This document shows positions 17,018-31,549 of a stretch of 64,000 nt of DNA, piece by piece (positions within the stretch are counted from its first letter, which is position 1; the number at the start of each line of letters is the position of its first letter). The position numbers were made by a program, and so were the translations under genes. The DNA is taken from assembly GCA_963774265.1 (NCBI GenBank), contig CAVZDU010000006.1, forward strand, positions 192,001-256,000. The letters are read 5' to 3'. The notes under the pieces were generated by a model, which did no database searches, was not told where the DNA came from, and saw only the letters and a program-made list of their open reading frames with translations. This DNA comes from an uncultured Chloroflexia bacterium. GTDB lineage: Bacteria > Chloroflexota > Anaerolineae > CG2-30-64-16.

Positions 17018-17804
17018 CAAACTCAAAACCCAACAACAAGCGAGCTGGACCGCCGGGGACTATGCCCTGATCGGATCGAGACTCGTCATCGTGAGTGAAC
17101 TCCTTTGCGAAGCGGTCGACCTGCGCGCCGGCCAGCGCGTGCTCGACGTGGCTACGGGTCATGGCAATGCCGCCCTCGCGGCAGCTCGCCGGGAATGTGA
17201 TGTGACCGGCATCGATTTTACTCCGGCCTTGCTGGAGCAGGCGCGCGGGCGAGCAGCTGCAGAGCACCTGCCTGTCCACTTTCAGGAAGGTGACGCAGAA
17301 GAGCTGCCATTTGCGGACGGGACTTTTGACGCGGTGCTATCCACATTCGGCGTGTCCCTCGTTGCCGACCAGCACAAGGGCGCCCAGGAAGTGCTCCGTG
17401 TGTGCCGCAACGGGGGCAAGATCGGCCTGGCCAACTGGGCGCCGACCAATGCCAACGTTGCGGAAGATCGTGTGCTCGACATGTACTTCCCGCCCGCCCC
17501 CGGCGCCCCGCGCAGCCTGTGGGGGTCTGAGGAGGGACTCCGCGACCTTTTGGGTGATCGGGTCACCTCGCTTCGGGTCACGCCGCGCAATGTCCTCTAC
17601 CGCTTCCGTTCCGTCGAGGCGTACGTGGACACTGTACTGACCTCCTTTGGCCCTGCCATGCAGCGACTAGAAAAGCTCACTGGAGACCGGCAGAATGAGC
17701 TGAGGCGAGACCTGGCTGAGGCGCTGGACGCCTACAACCAGTCGGGGGATGAAACTTTGGTGCTTCCCTTTGATTATCTCGAGACGGTGGCAGTGAAGCG
17801 ATAG
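17004..17804 (+). CDS. Class I SAM-dependent methyltransferase (UbiE-like)
   Basis: RVLDVATGHGN, GDAEELPFADGTFDAVLSTFG. Confidence 0.9.
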
Positions 17805-17854
17805 TTGCGGACAAGGCCGAGATACTGAACAATGAGCGAGGGCAGAGGGACGCC

Positions 17855-22025
<4,171 letters not shown>

Positions 22026-22068
22026 TCCGTTTGCTCTCATGTGAATTGCCCTCAAATTCCTGCCCCGC

Positions 22069-22112
22069 AAACGCTCCAGGAAACGCTTTGGAAACGCTGG
22101 GCATTGTACACT
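22069..22112 (+). promoter_or_regulatory. Putative SARP-dependent promoter
   Basis: AAACGCT heptamer at 22069, 22081 and 22092; TACACT -10 box exactly 8 nt after the last repeat. Confidence 0.6.
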
Positions 22113-22195
22113 GCATGCAGTTCAGTTGTGCCAGCCGGGGTGATCGCAATTGCACGACACCCCAAATCATTCGCCAGCTCAAAAGGGAGGATACG

Positions 22196-22573
22196 ATGTC
22201 AGTCAGTGAGAACAAGGCGTTCATCAGCCGGTATCTGGACGCGCTCAGCGGCAAGGAGAAGCCGGCCGCAGTGGTCGATCAGTTCATCTCCGAGGCCGAC
22301 GCGACCTTGAAGCAGCACATTGCGGGCTTTGAAGCTGCTTTCCCGCGCTACGAAATGATCGTCGACGACATGATCGCAGAAGCAGACAAGGTGGTGGTGC
22401 GTTTCACCTTCCGCGCCACCTACGGAGGTGGGTTCATGGACATCCCAGCCACGGGCCAGCAGGTCGCCATGCCGGGCGTCATCATCTACCGGATCGCGGA
22501 CGGCAAGATCGTGGATCACTGGATGCTAGGGGATATGCCTGCGTTGATGCAGCAGTTGGGCGGACAGGCGTAA
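22196..22573 (+). CDS. SnoaL-like ester cyclase
   Basis: MSVSENKAF...AAFP...MIAEADKVVVR...IPATGQ...YRIADGKIVDHW. Confidence 0.9.
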   Translation: MSVSENKAFISRYLDALSGKEKPAAVVDQFISEADATLKQHIAGFEAAFPRYEMIVDDMIAEADKVVVRFTFRATYGGGFMDIPATGQQVAMPGVIIYRIADGKIVDHWMLGDMPALMQQLGGQA

Positions 22574-22585
22574 GTAGCACTTTTC

Positions 22586-22620
22586 GCAACCTGGCAGGTT
22601 GGCGAGGCCTGCCAGGTTGC
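22586..22620. repeat. REP-like palindrome
   Basis: GCAACCTGGCAGG...CCTGCCAGGTTGC, 13-bp perfect inverted repeat. Confidence 0.7.
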
Positions 22621-22638
22621 ACGACCCGGAGGACCAAC

Positions 22639-23655
22639 ATGGAAGATCAAGCTCCGTTACGCGTAGGAATCGTCGGCTGCGGCTACCAGGGGGGCGTCCT
22701 GGCGCGGACGATCGCCCAAGACACTGACCTGCAGGTCACTGCATGCGCCGATCCCGATCAGGCCGCGGCCGCGCGTGTGGCCGCCCTTGCGGCCGAAGAC
22801 GCCGCGGTGTACGCGTCGGCGGAGGAGCTGCTCCAGCACGCCGACGTGGACGCCGTCCTCGTCGCCACATCGCATGCCGCCCTGTATGAATGCGCCCTCG
22901 CCGCCATTCAGGCCGGCAAACACGTCCTCGCCGAGAAGCCTATCGGCATGGACGAGAAGGAAGCGGCACAGCTCGAAGAGGCGGTTGCGCGAGCGAACGT
23001 CTGCTTCATGGCGGGCTATTCCTTCCGCTACATCGCGGCCTGGCAAAAGGTGCGCGAGCTACTGCAGGCCGGCGCGGTGGGTGAGATCCACACGATCACC
23101 GGGAGCATCGGCATTGGCCCCATGTCGACAGGCTGGCGAGCCAGCCCCGAGACCGGCGGGGGTCCTATGCTCTATGTCGGGTCCCACCTGGTGGACCAAA
23201 TCCTCTGGTACCTGGGCGACGATCCGATCGAGGCGGCTGCCGACATCCGCTATCGCGCGGACACGCGCGCCGAGGAAACGGTGACGTTCCAAATCCGCTT
23301 TGCGCACGGCGCGGTGGCGCAGGGCATGGTGACGCAAGCCGCCTCCGGTTTCTTCCACGACATCGACATCTGGGGACGCCAGGGGCGCGTCGGCCTGCGT
23401 GGCGCCGGCCTCGCCTACAGTGTAGAGGTGGCGAGCGACGTGCTGCCCGCTTATGCGGCACCGGCGAGCATCCGCTTTCCGCAGATCGCCGATCTCAGAG
23501 TTCTGAAACACCAGGCGCAGCTCGCCGAGTTCGTGCAAGCGATCCGCGAAGGTAAGCAGCCGTCCTGCACGGTGACCGAGGGCCGGCGCGTGCTCAAGGT
23601 GCTCGATGCCATCAGCAAGTCAGGCCGCTCAGGGACGCCTGTACGCATCGGGTAG
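22639..23655 (+). CDS. Gfo/Idh/MocA family oxidoreductase
   Basis: RVGIVGCG, AGKHVLAEKP, GGG...GSHLVD. Confidence 0.9.
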   Translation: MEDQAPLRVGIVGCGYQGGVLARTIAQDTDLQVTACADPDQAAAARVAALAAEDAAVYASAEELLQHADVDAVLVATSHAALYECALAAIQAGKHVLAEKPIGMDEKEAAQLEEAVARANVCFMAGYSFRYIAAWQKVRELLQAGAVGEIHTITGSIGIGPMSTGWRASPETGGGPMLYVGSHLVDQILWYLGDDPIEAAADIRYRADTRAEETVTFQIRFAHGAVAQGMVTQAASGFFHDIDIWGRQGRVGLRGAGLAYSVEVASDVLPAYAAPASIRFPQIADLRVLKHQAQLAEFVQAIREGKQPSCTVTEGRRVLKVLDAISKSGRSGTPVRIG

Positions 23656-23731
23656 AAGCTGCCGCTACCCCAAGCGACACGCTCAAGGGCAAAGGCCCAC
23701 AGGCCGGTCGGCGCGGCAAGGAATGGCTGGA

Positions 23732-24940
23732 CTATGGCTCGCTGAGCGTCATGTAAGCGCGCGCAATCATAATCTCTTCATCGGTCGGGATGGACATGAC
23801 CTTGACGCGGCTCACGGCTGAGCTCACGACGGCGACCGCGTCGACCGGCGCGCGCCGATTCGCCTCCACATCGAGGACCACGCCACACCACCCCAGGCTC
23901 GCGCACGCCCGTTCGCGCACCTGCCAGCCGCGCACGCCGATGGAGTCGGTGAAAGCAAGCACGTCGAGCCCGCCCAGCACTGCCGCGTACGCGCCGATGT
24001 AGAGCTTTAGCCGGTGGATGTACATCGCCACCGCCAATTGGGCGCGGCTGTCCCCGGCCTCATCGGCCAGCCGAATCAGCTCAAACAGATCGCTGGACGT
24101 GCCGGAGATGCCGATCAGCCCACTCTCGCGGTTGAGCAGGCGATCCACCGCCTCGGCGGTATAACCGTGCTCGGCGATCAGTGCGAGCACGATGGACGGG
24201 TCGACGTCGCCACTCCGGGTGCTCATCACCAGGCCGGGCAACGGCGTAAAGCCCATCGAGGTCTCGACACTTCGCCCACCGTCGATCGCCGCAACGCTCG
24301 AGCCGCCCGTGCCCAGGTGGCAGGCGACGATCTTTTGGTCTGCGATCGGCCGGTCGAGCACGCGGGCGACCTCCCGCGTGACGTACTCATAGGACAGCCC
24401 GTGTGCACCGAACTTACGAAAACCGAAGCGATCGGCCAGCGCCAGGGGCAGCGCGTATCGGTAGGCCACTTCGGGCAGCGTCGCGTGGAAAGCGGTGTCG
24501 AACACTGCATACTGCAGCACCTGGGGCAAGACCGCCCGGCACAGATGAACCACGCTCATGGAGGTCGGGTTATGGATCGGCGCCAGGCGGTTGCAGGCCT
24601 CCACCTCGGGCAGGGTCGCGTCGGTGATGACCACAGCCTCGGGGAAGCGTCCGCCGTCGGTCACGAAACGATGGCCGATCGCGTCCACCCGCAGACCGTG
24701 ATCCCGCAAATGCGCCAGCACCGCTGCGGCCGCGTCACGATGGCTCGACAGCGGACGCACATCCTTCACGGTCTCTGCCCCGAGCGAGTGGCTCAGGTAC
24801 GCGGCCTCCTGCGTGACAGTCCCGACGTGGTGGGCCTTGCCCGCGGCCAGAACAGACAATTCCTGGCCGGCCTCCGCATGATAGACCCTGTAGGTCAATG
24901 AGGAGCTGCCGCAGTTGAAAACAAGCAGATTCGAGGACAT
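23732..24940 (-). CDS. ackA: Acetate/propionate kinase family protein
   Basis: FNCGSSS, GHR, LAPIHNP, AVFDTAFH, TSMGFTPL, STRSGDVDP, PTDEE. Confidence 0.8.
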   Translation of the reverse strand: MSSNLLVFNCGSSSLTYRVYHAEAGQELSVLAAGKAHHVGTVTQEAAYLSHSLGAETVKDVRPLSSHRDAAAAVLAHLRDHGLRVDAIGHRFVTDGGRFPEAVVITDATLPEVEACNRLAPIHNPTSMSVVHLCRAVLPQVLQYAVFDTAFHATLPEVAYRYALPLALADRFGFRKFGAHGLSYEYVTREVARVLDRPIADQKIVACHLGTGGSSVAAIDGGRSVETSMGFTPLPGLVMSTRSGDVDPSIVLALIAEHGYTAEAVDRLLNRESGLIGISGTSSDLFELIRLADEAGDSRAQLAVAMYIHRLKLYIGAYAAVLGGLDVLAFTDSIGVRGWQVRERACASLGWCGVVLDVEANRRAPVDAVAVVSSAVSRVKVMSIPTDEEIMIARAYMTLSEP

Positions 24941-24960
24941 GAACACCCTCCGCCCAGCAC

Positions 24961-26892
24961 CTACAGGTTCTCGATCGCGACCGGCTCGACCGGATCGGCC
25001 AACTGGAAGCCAAACACCCTGGAGTAAAAGTACAGTTCGGCGTCGAGCGAGCGTTTGATGTTCTCAGCCTTGCGGAAGCCGTGCTGCTCGCCTTCAAACT
25101 CCAGATAGGCCACCGGCAGCCCCTTGGCCTTGAGCGCCTCGACCATCTGACGGGACTGATCGGGCAGGACAACCAGGTCCTCTGACCCCTGGAAAACAAT
25201 AAGCGGGCACGCGAGGCGGTCGGTGAAGTGAATCGCGGAGCGTTGGACATACAGGTCGCGGCGGGCCGGGTAGGGGCCGACCAGGTTGTCCAGGTAGCGG
25301 GACTCGAACTTGTGGGTGTCCTTGGCGAGTGCCTCAAGATCGGCGATGCCGAAGTAGCTCGCACCTGCCTTGAAGACGTTGCGGAAGGTGAGCACGCACA
25401 GGGTTGTGTAACCCCCCGCGCTCCCTCCCCTGATCATCAGCCGGTCCCCATCCACCTCGCCAGCCTCAACCAGGTAGCGAGCGCCGTTGACGCAATCGTC
25501 CACGTCCACGATGCCCCACCGATCGTTGAGCCGTTGGCGGTAGGCGCGGCCGTAGCCGGTGCTGCCCCCGTAGTTGACGTCGAGCACCGCGATGCCCCGG
25601 CTGGTCCAATACTGGATTTGGCTGTCGAGCACGGCATCCGAGGCGCCCGTCGGTCCGCCGTGACTCATCACGAGCAGGGGCGGCCGCTCGCCCTGTGGCG
25701 CGGCAAAGTCCTTGTTACGCGGCCCGTAGAAGAAGCCGAACGCCGTCAGCCCACCTTCGGTGGGGAACTCGATCTCCCGTGCAATCGAGACGTAGCCCCG
25801 GTCAATGTCGATCGCACTCGAACGGCGCAGGACCTCCACCTGCTCTGGGGAGAGATCGAATCGCACAACCGCCGGTGTTTCCGTGGGTGAACCGGCAAGG
25901 AAAAGCGCGCTGCCGGGGACCGCCGAGACACTGCTGATGGATGTGTAGGGTGTTGCGATTTCTTTCAGTTCCAGTGTCCCGGTGTCGAGGCTTGCGAGGT
26001 GCGACGTACCGGCCCGCGTGTAGGTGCAAATGATGCGCCCGGCAGACTCGAATGCATAGGTGGACATGCCGAAAACCCACTGCGGTTGTCCGAACTCGGC
26101 TTCCATCGGGCACAGCGCCTCAGCGCGACCCCCATGCCAGCGGTACAGGTTCCACCAACCCGTCCGGTCAGAAACGAAATAGAGCACGCAGTCGGGTGAC
26201 CACTCGGGCTGGAAGATGGATTCCTCGCGGCCGCCCGCGACGCGCTCTGCATGGATGATCGACCCACTCGCATCCAATTCGCCGACCCACAACTCCGTGC
26301 CGTCCCACGGCATGTTCGGATGGTTCCACGTGAGCCACGCCAGCCGCGAGCCATCCGGGCTGAGGCGCGGGGATGCATAGAAGTCATTACCGGAGACGAT
26401 GACTGCTCCGCCGTTCTCGTCCCCGTTGCACTTCACTTTCGCGAGCGTATTGACAGCCTCGCCTGCCCCTCTGTGATCCTCGCGCACGCAGAAGAGGAGG
26501 TTGCGCTGCAAGTCAACAACGACGTCCGCATAGCGCAGGCTCACCTCCGGGGTGATTGGCCGGGTCGCTCCGCCGGGGTCCAGCCGATAGAGACGCTGGT
26601 CGGCAAAGTTGGAGAAGTACACGACGTCGTTCGCGACGGTGTAGGCGCGGCCCCCATACTCGTGGACGCGCGTGCGCACGTTGTACGGTTGAGGCGTGAG
26701 GTCGGTCGTCTTGCCCCCTGCGTTTCGCTGCACGAGGACGAGTCGCCCGCCTTCCCTGGGACGCATTTCGATCCAATAAATATTACCTCCGTCGAACCGT
26801 GGCCCGCCCAATCCGATGGTCTCGGCAACGATCAGTTCCGAGGTGATGGGCGATTTCCATGAGCCGTAAGGAGCTACCCTCAATTCGGGCAT
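24961..26892 (-). CDS. S9 family peptidase (prolyl oligopeptidase / acylaminoacyl-peptidase-like)
   Basis: [21 protein letters not shown] nucleophile, FQGSED, GEQHGF. Confidence 0.92.
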   Translation of the reverse strand: MPELRVAPYGSWKSPITSELIVAETIGLGGPRFDGGNIYWIEMRPREGGRLVLVQRNAGGKTTDLTPQPYNVRTRVHEYGGRAYTVANDVVYFSNFADQRLYRLDPGGATRPITPEVSLRYADVVVDLQRNLLFCVREDHRGAGEAVNTLAKVKCNGDENGGAVIVSGNDFYASPRLSPDGSRLAWLTWNHPNMPWDGTELWVGELDASGSIIHAERVAGGREESIFQPEWSPDCVLYFVSDRTGWWNLYRWHGGRAEALCPMEAEFGQPQWVFGMSTYAFESAGRIICTYTRAGTSHLASLDTGTLELKEIATPYTSISSVSAVPGSALFLAGSPTETPAVVRFDLSPEQVEVLRRSSAIDIDRGYVSIAREIEFPTEGGLTAFGFFYGPRNKDFAAPQGERPPLLVMSHGGPTGASDAVLDSQIQYWTSRGIAVLDVNYGGSTGYGRAYRQRLNDRWGIVDVDDCVNGARYLVEAGEVDGDRLMIRGGSAGGYTTLCVLTFRNVFKAGASYFGIADLEALAKDTHKFESRYLDNLVGPYPARRDLYVQRSAIHFTDRLACPLIVFQGSEDLVVLPDQSRQMVEALKAKGLPVAYLEFEGEQHGFRKAENIKRSLDAELYFYSRVFGFQLADPVEPVAIENL

Positions 26893-26929
26893 TTTGCACT
26901 TCCTTCAAGCTGGAGGCAACCCTTCAGGG

Positions 26930-27271
26930 TCACCACTGGTTCCACACCACGACCAGCGTTCGATTGATGGCAGAGACAAGCAGCATTGCCGCTCCCAGCA
27001 CTGGCTGATCAGCCAGAAAAAGCGCCCCCGCCGCGAGATATAATAGGCCCAAGGAGACAACGACTCCCAGGGTGCTGCCGGCGCGATAGCCCGCCCTGGG
27101 CGCAAGGAACAGGCCCCACAGGAAGATCACCACCAGCGGCACGCCGATCCCGAGCGCCAACTTCAGCCACAGGCTCTGCCCGATGTGAAATCCCCAGTAA
27201 CCAAAAGCCAGTAACATGGCAATTTCCAGCAGGAAGGAAACTACCACGTTGATATTCTTCGGCGTTGCCAT
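26930..27271 (-). CDS. YrdB-like (DUF2568) membrane protein
   Basis: NVVVSFLLEIAMLLAFGYWG...LWGLFLAPRA; four hydrophobic segments. Confidence 0.75.
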   Translation of the reverse strand: MATPKNINVVVSFLLEIAMLLAFGYWGFHIGQSLWLKLALGIGVPLVVIFLWGLFLAPRAGYRAGSTLGVVVSLGLLYLAAGALFLADQPVLGAAMLLVSAINRTLVVVWNQW

Positions 27272-27367
27272 CCACCCCCCCCTGTGAAAAACCTCGTATA
27301 ATAGTTCACATTCGTCAAAACATACGCACCGCACGCAGGCAAGGTATGGTATACTGGCTGAGTCGAA

Positions 27368-28841
27368 ATGCAAATTCCACAAGGCGGCCGCGTGACACAC
27401 AACGCTCCCGGACCCGGCAACCGTCCACCCATCGATAATCTCAAAGCACTGCGCGATGGGCCGCATGCGTTCTTTCTCCAGGTCGCGCGCAACTACGGCC
27501 CTGTCGTCCGCTATCCCGTTGGACCGCTCGCAGTCTACCTGGTCACCGGCCCGGATGGCGTCAAGCACATCCTGCAGGATAACCACAAAAACTACTGCAA
27601 GGACACCTTTCAGTACAACCTGCTGAGCACGATCACAGGCAGGGGATTGCTGACCAGCGACGGCGATCACTGGCGGCGCCAGCGGCGGCTCGCCCAGCCC
27701 GCGTTCCAAAAGGGACGTATAGCCGGCTTCGCGCCCATGATCGTGAGCGCGACGGAGGGCATGCTCGGACGCTGGGACCAGCACGCGGTCCACGGGGAAT
27801 CGATCGATGTCGCGGCGGAAATGATGCACGTCGCGCTCCAGATCGTCGGCAAGGCCATGTTCAGCGCGGAGATCGGCGACCAGGCAGATGAGTTGGCGAC
27901 GGCCACGTTGACCGTGCTCGACCACATCATCGGTCGCGCTCGCACGTTCGGCGTCGTGCCCGAATGGCTGCCCACGCGGGGAAATCGCGCACACAAACGG
28001 GCCATGGGGGTGCTGGATCGTGCGGTATATGCGACGATTGCCGCGCGGAGACCTGCCCCCTCGACCCCCCTCCCTTTGAGGGAGGGAGAAGATCTGCTCC
28101 CCTCCCCAGACAGGGCTGGGGTTGGGGGAGAGGTTTCGGCAGAGGTTACTCCAGAGGCTGCGGGAGTCCTTGACGACCTCCTCGCGCTCCTGATGCGGGC
28201 GATGGACGAGGGGACCCATGAGGGCATGACCGACCAGCAATTGCGCGACGAGTCGATGACCATGCTGATCGCGGGACACGAGACGGTCGCGAGCGCGCTC
28301 GCCTGGACGTGGGACCTGCTGGCCAGAAACCCGGACGCGGAGGCGCGGCTGCACGAGGAGCTGGATCGGGAGTTGGGAGGGCGTGCGCCCACTGCCGAGG
28401 GATCTGCCGCGCCTGCACTACACGGACATGGTCTTCCAGGAGGCGATGCGCCTCTACCCACCCGCCTGGCTCATCACACGCAAGGCGCTGGACGACGACG
28501 AGATCGGCGGATACACCATCCCCAAGACCGCGTTGGTGGTCACCAGCCCTTATGTCACCCAGCGCATGGCTGACCTGTGGCCCGAGCCGGACGCGTTCCG
28601 CCCAGAACGGTTCAGCGCTGAGGAGGTCGCGGGCCGCCACCGCTATGCGTTCTACCCGTTCGGCGGCGGGCCAAGGATGTGCATCGGCAGCGGCTTCGCG
28701 ATGGTGGAGGCCGCGCTGATCATCGCAACGGTGGCGCAGCGCTACACCCTCCGCCCCGAGCCCGGTCACCCTGTCGTGATGGAGTCGGGCGTCACCTTGC
28801 GGCCGAAACACGGCTTGAAAATGCGACTGCAGCCGAGGTAG
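27368..28841 (+). CDS. Cytochrome P450 (frameshift near 28400)
   Basis: GLLTSDG.HWRRQRR, AGHET, EAMR, FRPER, FGGGPRMCIG heme motif. Confidence 0.9.
28051..28134. repeat. 84-bp palindromic REP/MITE-like element inserted in frame in the P450 gene
   Basis: ACCTGCCCCC...GGGGGAGAGGT ends with internal CTCCCT/AGGGAG and CCCC/GGGG hairpins; encodes Pro/Gly-rich PAPSTPLPLREGEDLLPSPDRAGVGGEV. Confidence 0.65.
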
Positions 28842-28867
28842 TTTCGAGGTAGGGGACAGTTAGGGCC

Positions 28868-31522
28868 ATGCCACTCTCTCCTGGGCAGATCCTCCAAGAA
28901 CGTTACCGGATCGACGCGCTGATCGGCCAGGGCGGCTTCGGCGCCGTCTACAGGGCTTGGGATCTCGTCCAGAACCGGGTTTGCGCCTGCAAGGAAAATC
29001 TCGACACGCGCGAGGCAGCGGTGGACCAGTTTGGCCAGGAGGCCGTTGTCCTGGCCAGCCTCAGTCACCCAAATCTGCCGCGCGTCACCGATCACTTCGT
29101 CCTGCCCGACAAGGGCCAGTACCTGGTGATGGATTTCGTGGAAGGCCGAAGCCTGGCAACTCTGATGGCCGAGCGGGGCGGTGCGCTGTCCGAGGGAGAG
29201 CTGCTGCCATGGATCGACCAGGTGTGCGAGGCGCTCACCTACCTGCACTCTCAGCTCCGCCCGATCATCCACCGTGATATCAAGCCGCAAAACATCATCA
29301 TCACTCCGGCTGGCCGGGCCATGTTGGTCGACTTCGGCACGTCGAAGGTCGCCGACCCCGGGGCGCTGACCCGGCCGGGTGGTCGCGCTGTCACCACAGG
29401 CTTTTCTCCCCCCGAGCAATACGGCCTGGCCGGGCGCACCGACGCGCGCTCCGACATTTACGCCCTCGGCGCGACCCTCTACGCCGCGCTAACCGGCCGC
29501 ATCCCGCCTGATTCGGTCGACCGTCTGCAAGGGAACGCGTCTTTTGCACCGCCCCGCCAGCTCCGACCCGAAATCTCACGCACCACCGAAACGGCCATCC
29601 TCAAGGCCATGGAACCTCATGCAGCCCAGCGCTTCCAGACAATCGAGGAGCTGCGGCGCACGCTCGCAGGCCGTGCGGCGTCCCCGCCGGCCACCCGCGC
29701 CGTGGGTGGCGCCCTCCCGGTCACGCGCCGCGCCGAACCGCGGGCCACCGGTTTTCATCCACCTCGGCGCCTCCTGGCCCTCGGAGGCCTGGCGTTGGCC
29801 GCCATCATCGGGTTGTCGCTCTACCTGGGCGGCGTCTTGCCGCCGCGCATGCCCACTTCGCGCAGCACGACGCCGGTCAGCGCGCTTCCGGGCAACGGTC
29901 AGACACCCATTGTGAACGCGTCGGTCGCCGATGTCAGCGGTCCTCCTGCATCGGGCCAGGCTGATGTGACCGGTGCAGCGGGCTCACCTGCCGGCGCCCT
30001 TGCTACGTCTACAATCCAGACAGGAGCCGCGGCGCCCGGCCTGTCCGCGACTACGGCAACGACGCCGGCGGGCATGTTGTCTGTGATCTCATCCGGGGAC
30101 ACGGACACGCCACACACAGCTTTGCCGGCGCAGGCAGCGACTCCCCTGCCGGCCCCGTCCCCGACCCTGAGGCCCTCACCCACACCCGTCCCCTCAAGCA
30201 CAGAGGCGCCCCTCCCGCCGGCGACAACGGTGACGCCAACGCGCGATTCGTCCAGGAGCGCCATTGCGAGGCCAAGCCTCACACCGCTGCCCGACCTGAG
30301 TGTGCTCGGCCCGGCCTTAATACACGAACTGTTCAGCTCCGACTCAACTGGCTGGCCGAGCGAGGCCGACGAGAACGAGTTCGCAAAATGGAAGGTCAGC
30401 CTCAACCGGGGGCGCTACCGGATCGAGGTCGTTGCCCTGGACGTCGATGTGACGGCCTACGCCGCGGCGCCCGAATTCACGCTACGGGATTTTCTGCTCG
30501 TGACCGACGCGACCCTCATCGGCTCATCCGGGATGGCGCTGCAGCGGCTCTACTTTCGCTGTCAGGACCCACTCACCGACTATTGTTACGTGGCCGATTT
30601 CTATTCAAACGGCGAGTATGCCCTCGGACGGCTGGAGGGTGGAGAATACACCGCCATCCAGGAGCATGTCGTCAGCCGGGCCATCCGCACCCGGCCGGGC
30701 GACACCAATACCTTTGCCGTTCTGGCCTCAGGTTCGACCTTTACCCTCTACGCCAACGGGCAGACGCTGCGCACCCTGACCGATCGCACTTACCCCAACG
30801 CGGGTTATTTCCTGCTGGGCGTCGGCGTCCCCAATCAGGGTGACGATGCCGTCGTCGAGTTCGACAACCTCTTCGTGGTCCAGCCGGCCGGCCAGACGCC
30901 GCCGGACGAACTGCCCGAGGAAGTCACTCCGGCTCACGTGCTGCTCTTCGAGCGCTTTGACGACAACAAGCGCGGCTGGAATGTCGGGGCGGACAACGAT
31001 GAGCTCTCAGACGATGATTACCAGGTGACGGCTGGTGTACTGGCCGCGTCAGTGACGGCGAAAGGCGCCGTCATCACCTCCCGCGGCATCCCAAACCTGC
31101 AAGTAGCCGACTTCGGCCTTTGGGTCGACACAACCTTCACTAGTTATTCGGCGGTCGGTCAGGTCAACATCATCTTTCGCTGCCGGGACAACAGCCTGGA
31201 CGATTGCTTCCGGGTCCGATTCGCCACGGACGGCACGTACGCGATCAGCCGCTGGCAGGCCGGTGAACATGCGGCCCTCGTGGACTGGACCGATAGCCCA
31301 GAGATCAGGACCGGCGCGGGGGCCACCAACAATTTCGGCGTCGTCGTCCGCGGTTCGCTGGTCCAGGTTTTCGCCAATGACGTACTGCTGCGATCATTTG
31401 CGGTGGATGGGCCGGCCGGCGCCGGCGGTCTGCGGCTGGGAGTGGGCGCCTTCGACGCCGGCACGCAGGTCACCGTCGAGTTCGACAACCTGCTCGTCGT
31501 TGAGGATGCAGCCGGCCCGTGA
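28868..31522 (+). CDS. Membrane Ser/Thr kinase with Pro/Thr linker and two tandem extracellular beta-sandwich (ConA/lectin-like) domains
   Basis: GQGGFGAV, HRDIKPQN, DFG; TM LALGGLALAAIIGLSLYLG; both repeats end in VEFDNL. Confidence 0.85.
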   Translation: MPLSPGQILQERYRIDALIGQGGFGAVYRAWDLVQNRVCACKENLDTREAAVDQFGQEAVVLASLSHPNLPRVTDHFVLPDKGQYLVMDFVEGRSLATLMAERGGALSEGELLPWIDQVCEALTYLHSQLRPIIHRDIKPQNIIITPAGRAMLVDFGTSKVADPGALTRPGGRAVTTGFSPPEQYGLAGRTDARSDIYALGATLYAALTGRIPPDSVDRLQGNASFAPPRQLRPEISRTTETAILKAMEPHAAQRFQTIEELRRTLAGRAASPPATRAVGGALPVTRRAEPRATGFHPPRRLLALGGLALAAIIGLSLYLGGVLPPRMPTSRSTTPVSALPGNGQTPIVNASVADVSGPPASGQADVTGAAGSPAGALATSTIQTGAAAPGLSATTATTPAGMLSVISSGDTDTPHTALPAQAATPLPAPSPTLRPSPTPVPSSTEAPLPPATTVTPTRDSSRSAIARPSLTPLPDLSVLGPALIHELFSSDSTGWPSEADENEFAKWKVSLNRGRYRIEVVALDVDVTAYAAAPEFTLRDFLLVTDATLIGSSGMALQRLYFRCQDPLTDYCYVADFYSNGEYALGRLEGGEYTAIQEHVVSRAIRTRPGDTNTFAVLASGSTFTLYANGQTLRTLTDRTYPNAGYFLLGVGVPNQGDDAVVEFDNLFVVQPAGQTPPDELPEEVTPAHVLLFERFDDNKRGWNVGADNDELSDDDYQVTAGVLAASVTAKGAVITSRGIPNLQVADFGLWVDTTFTSYSAVGQVNIIFRCRDNSLDDCFRVRFATDGTYAISRWQAGEHAALVDWTDSPEIRTGAGATNNFGVVVRGSLVQVFANDVLLRSFAVDGPAGAGGLRLGVGAFDAGTQVTVEFDNLLVVEDAAGP

Positions 31523-31549
31523 ACGGGCGGCAGCGAAGGAGGGTTCGCC

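Noticed and set aside
29850-30300. Low-complexity Pro/Thr/Ala tract as a tandem repeat locus
   Set aside because: An ordinary extracytoplasmic linker of a membrane kinase with no exact DNA periodicity.
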